The translations under genes and the position numbers were made by a program. A DNA stretch of 63,654 nt, counting the filler, from Octopus bimaculoides (lineage: Eukaryota), in NCBI RefSeq assembly GCF_001194135.2. It is 4 parts of 4 records of this genome, joined end to end, with 100 filler letters (N's around TTAATTAATTAA, not from the genome) between each part and the next. Parts side by side here need not be neighbours in the genome. Positions count along the whole stretch, not along the records: positions 59,098 to 63,654 come from NC_069008.1; 3 more parts are not named here. One strand, written 5' to 3'. Below the pieces are notes generated by a model. That model did not search any database and was not told the DNA's origin. It worked only from the letters and a program-made list of their open reading frames with translations. Below, in pieces: positions 61,401-63,654 of this stretch. Positions within the stretch are counted from its first letter, which is position 1. Every line of letters begins with the position of its first letter.

Positions 61401-63654
61401 GGATTAAAGCAGCAGAAGATGGAGCGGGAGGGGGCAATGGGTCACTTGCNNNNNNNNNNNNNNNNNNNNNNNNNNNNNNNNNNNNNNNNNNNNNNNNNNN
61501 NNNNNNNNNNNNNNNNNNNNNNNNNNNNNNNNNNNNNNNNNNNNNNNNNNNNNNNNNNNNNNNNNNNNNNNNNNNNNNNNNNNNNNNNNNNNNNNNNNNN
61601 NNNNNNNNNNNNNNNNNNNNNNNNNNNNNNNNNNNNNNNNNNNNNNNNNNNNNNNNNNNNNNNNNNNNNNNNNNNNNNNNNNNNNNNNNNNNGATTGTGT
61701 TGTTGTGGAGAATGGCTAGCAGCATTCACTGCAGCAGCCTCTCTGCCATACAGGGGTCATTTCTCAGATGGGCCACTGTTATCCTGATTTTGCAGAGGAG
61801 ATCAGTCATACAGCGTCTTAGAAACCCCTGATGTCTCAACAGTAACCAGTACAAACTAATAGCAGCTGGTCAGGCCCCTAACCCTAACCCTAACTCTAAC
61901 CCTTATTGATTACTGATGATGAATATTGCATTCAATATTTTGGAAAAGGTGGGAAATATGGTGAGCTGGCAGANNNNNNNNNNNNNNNNNNNNNNNNNNN
62001 NNNNNNNNNNNNNNNNNNNNNNNNNNNNNNNNNNNNNNNNNNNNNNNNNNNNNNNNNNNNNNNNNNNNNNNNNNNNNNNNNNNNNNNNNNNNNNNNNNNN
62101 NNNNNNNNNNNNNNNNNACTGGTCCTCTCCCCCAAAATTTCAGGCTTTGTGCTTTTAGTAGAAAGGATTATTTTAGAAAATTAACCTTTAGAACACTCAA
62201 AGTGCATTATGTCACTATATGAGTTATCTCCCCTGTAGTAACANNNNNNNNNNACTCAAAGTGCATTATGTCACTATATGAGTTATCTCCCCTGTAGTAA
62301 CAGGACAATGGCAGGGGAAACAATTTTAGAGACAAATGCAGTGTGCTAAAGGTTAATAATAAAGAAATTAGAGGCATTTAACCTTTTAACATTCATATTA
62401 TTGTCAAATGTAATTCTTATTTATTTTCATTGTTTTGTATTAATCCTCCATTATCTTGTAGCTTTGAGATTTTGAAGAGGCAAATGTTAATTTTTAAAAT
62501 GATATTGTAAAGCTGGCATGAAAGGCCAGATATGGTCTGTTTAAACATAAAACAGGTAGGATATTTTAGCNNNNNNNNNNAAGGCCAGATATGGTCTGTT
62601 TAAACATAAAACAGGTAGGATATTTTAGCTGGATATGGTCAGTTTAAATGCTAAAGGGTGAAATTTACTTAAAGAAAGAAATTCCATACAGAGCTGTCTG
62701 AAGAAGAATTTTTAGCCATGTTTGGACTCTGTTAAATCTTTTTGCATATTTTCTTTCCATTGTAGATGCAGGAGTGGCTGTGTGGTTAAGAAGTTTGGTT
62801 TATAAATACTTGGTTTCATGTTCAGTCCTTCTGTGTGGCACCTTGAGCAAGTGTCTTCTACTATAGCCCTGGGCTAAGCAATACTTTATATGGGAATTTA
62901 GTATACAGAAATTGGGTGCAAATGTGTGTGTGTGTGTGTGTTTGTGTGTGTATTTGTGTGTGTGTNNNNNNNNNNNNNNNNNNNNNNNNNNNNNNNNNNN
63001 NNNNNNNNNNNNNNNNNNNNNNNNNNNNNNNNNNNNNNNNNNNNNNNNNNNNNNNNNNNNNNNNNNNNNNNNNNNNNNNNNNNNNNNNNNNNNNNNNNNN
63101 NNNNNNNNNNNNNNNNNNNNNNNNNNNNNNNNNNNNNNNNNNNNNNNNNNNNNNNNNNNNNNNNNNNNNNNNNNNNNNNNNNNNNNNNNNNNNNNNNNAT
63201 ATATATATATATATACGATGCCCAGGTAGGAAATAATCTTGACCACCAACCCCCTCTTTATGACTTGTGTCATATGTCACAAAACTTGTAAGGCAATATC
63301 TGGACTTAAAAGACTTATGCTAGTTTTGCTAGCAAGCTAGTGCTCTGGCAACCAACAAAAGGAAGATTACCTATATTGACAACTTGCTGGAGCAAATTGT
63401 CAATATAGGTAATCTTCCTTTCAGATACTGGTATGGAAGGGGTACAGGAGCTGAGGACCATTATGGAAGATCGNNNNNNNNNNTGGAAGGGGTACAGGAG
63501 CTGAGGACCATTATGGAAGATCGAGATGAGTGGGGAAACGTGTGGAAACAGTCTTGGGGCGTCCTGAGGGATGACTTAGATAGACAGATGAGGGCTAATC
63601 AACAGAAGGATTGTGCTGTGTGATGGGGTGTGGTGTGTGTGTTGATGGGATGGC

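Noticed and set aside
61878-61905. Short (CCCTAA)n run
   Set aside because: About four units with no TIR or TSD visible; probably a fragment of the telomeric-repeat MITE type.

Overview
AT-rich, gap-ridden animal genomic scaffold; the repeat content and microsatellite load suggest a coleoid cephalopod (Octopus-like), which is an inference. One complete gene is recoverable by hand: eIF3m (+ strand, 10 coding exons, 19206-27670, 378 aa, all GT-AG and phase-consistent) with a TCT/5'TOP-like promoter. Two clear internal exons of a KCNQ (Kv7) potassium channel lie on the - strand (51905-52089 S6 end plus CaM-binding helix A; 49520-49684). They come with a candidate 33-nt microexon, a partial exon duplication capped by a SINE, and inverted SINEs flanking the symmetric exon. 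An unidentified spliced + strand transcript probably starts at about 31.6 kb behind a GTCACGTGAC motif. Mobile DNA dominates the rest: a decayed PGBD3-like piggyBac split by a 3.4-kb RTE LINE whose RT carries a PHD-type finger, a mariner with an open D,D34D ORF, a CR1/L2-like LINE, a Penelope-like fragment, three tRNA-type SINE families, TTAA-flanked MITEs and GG-ended MITEs carrying telomeric repeats. Two minimal hammerhead-ribozyme motifs were found (34842-34884, near-canonical; 57821-57866, degenerate). No CRISPR, rRNA or prokaryotic features.
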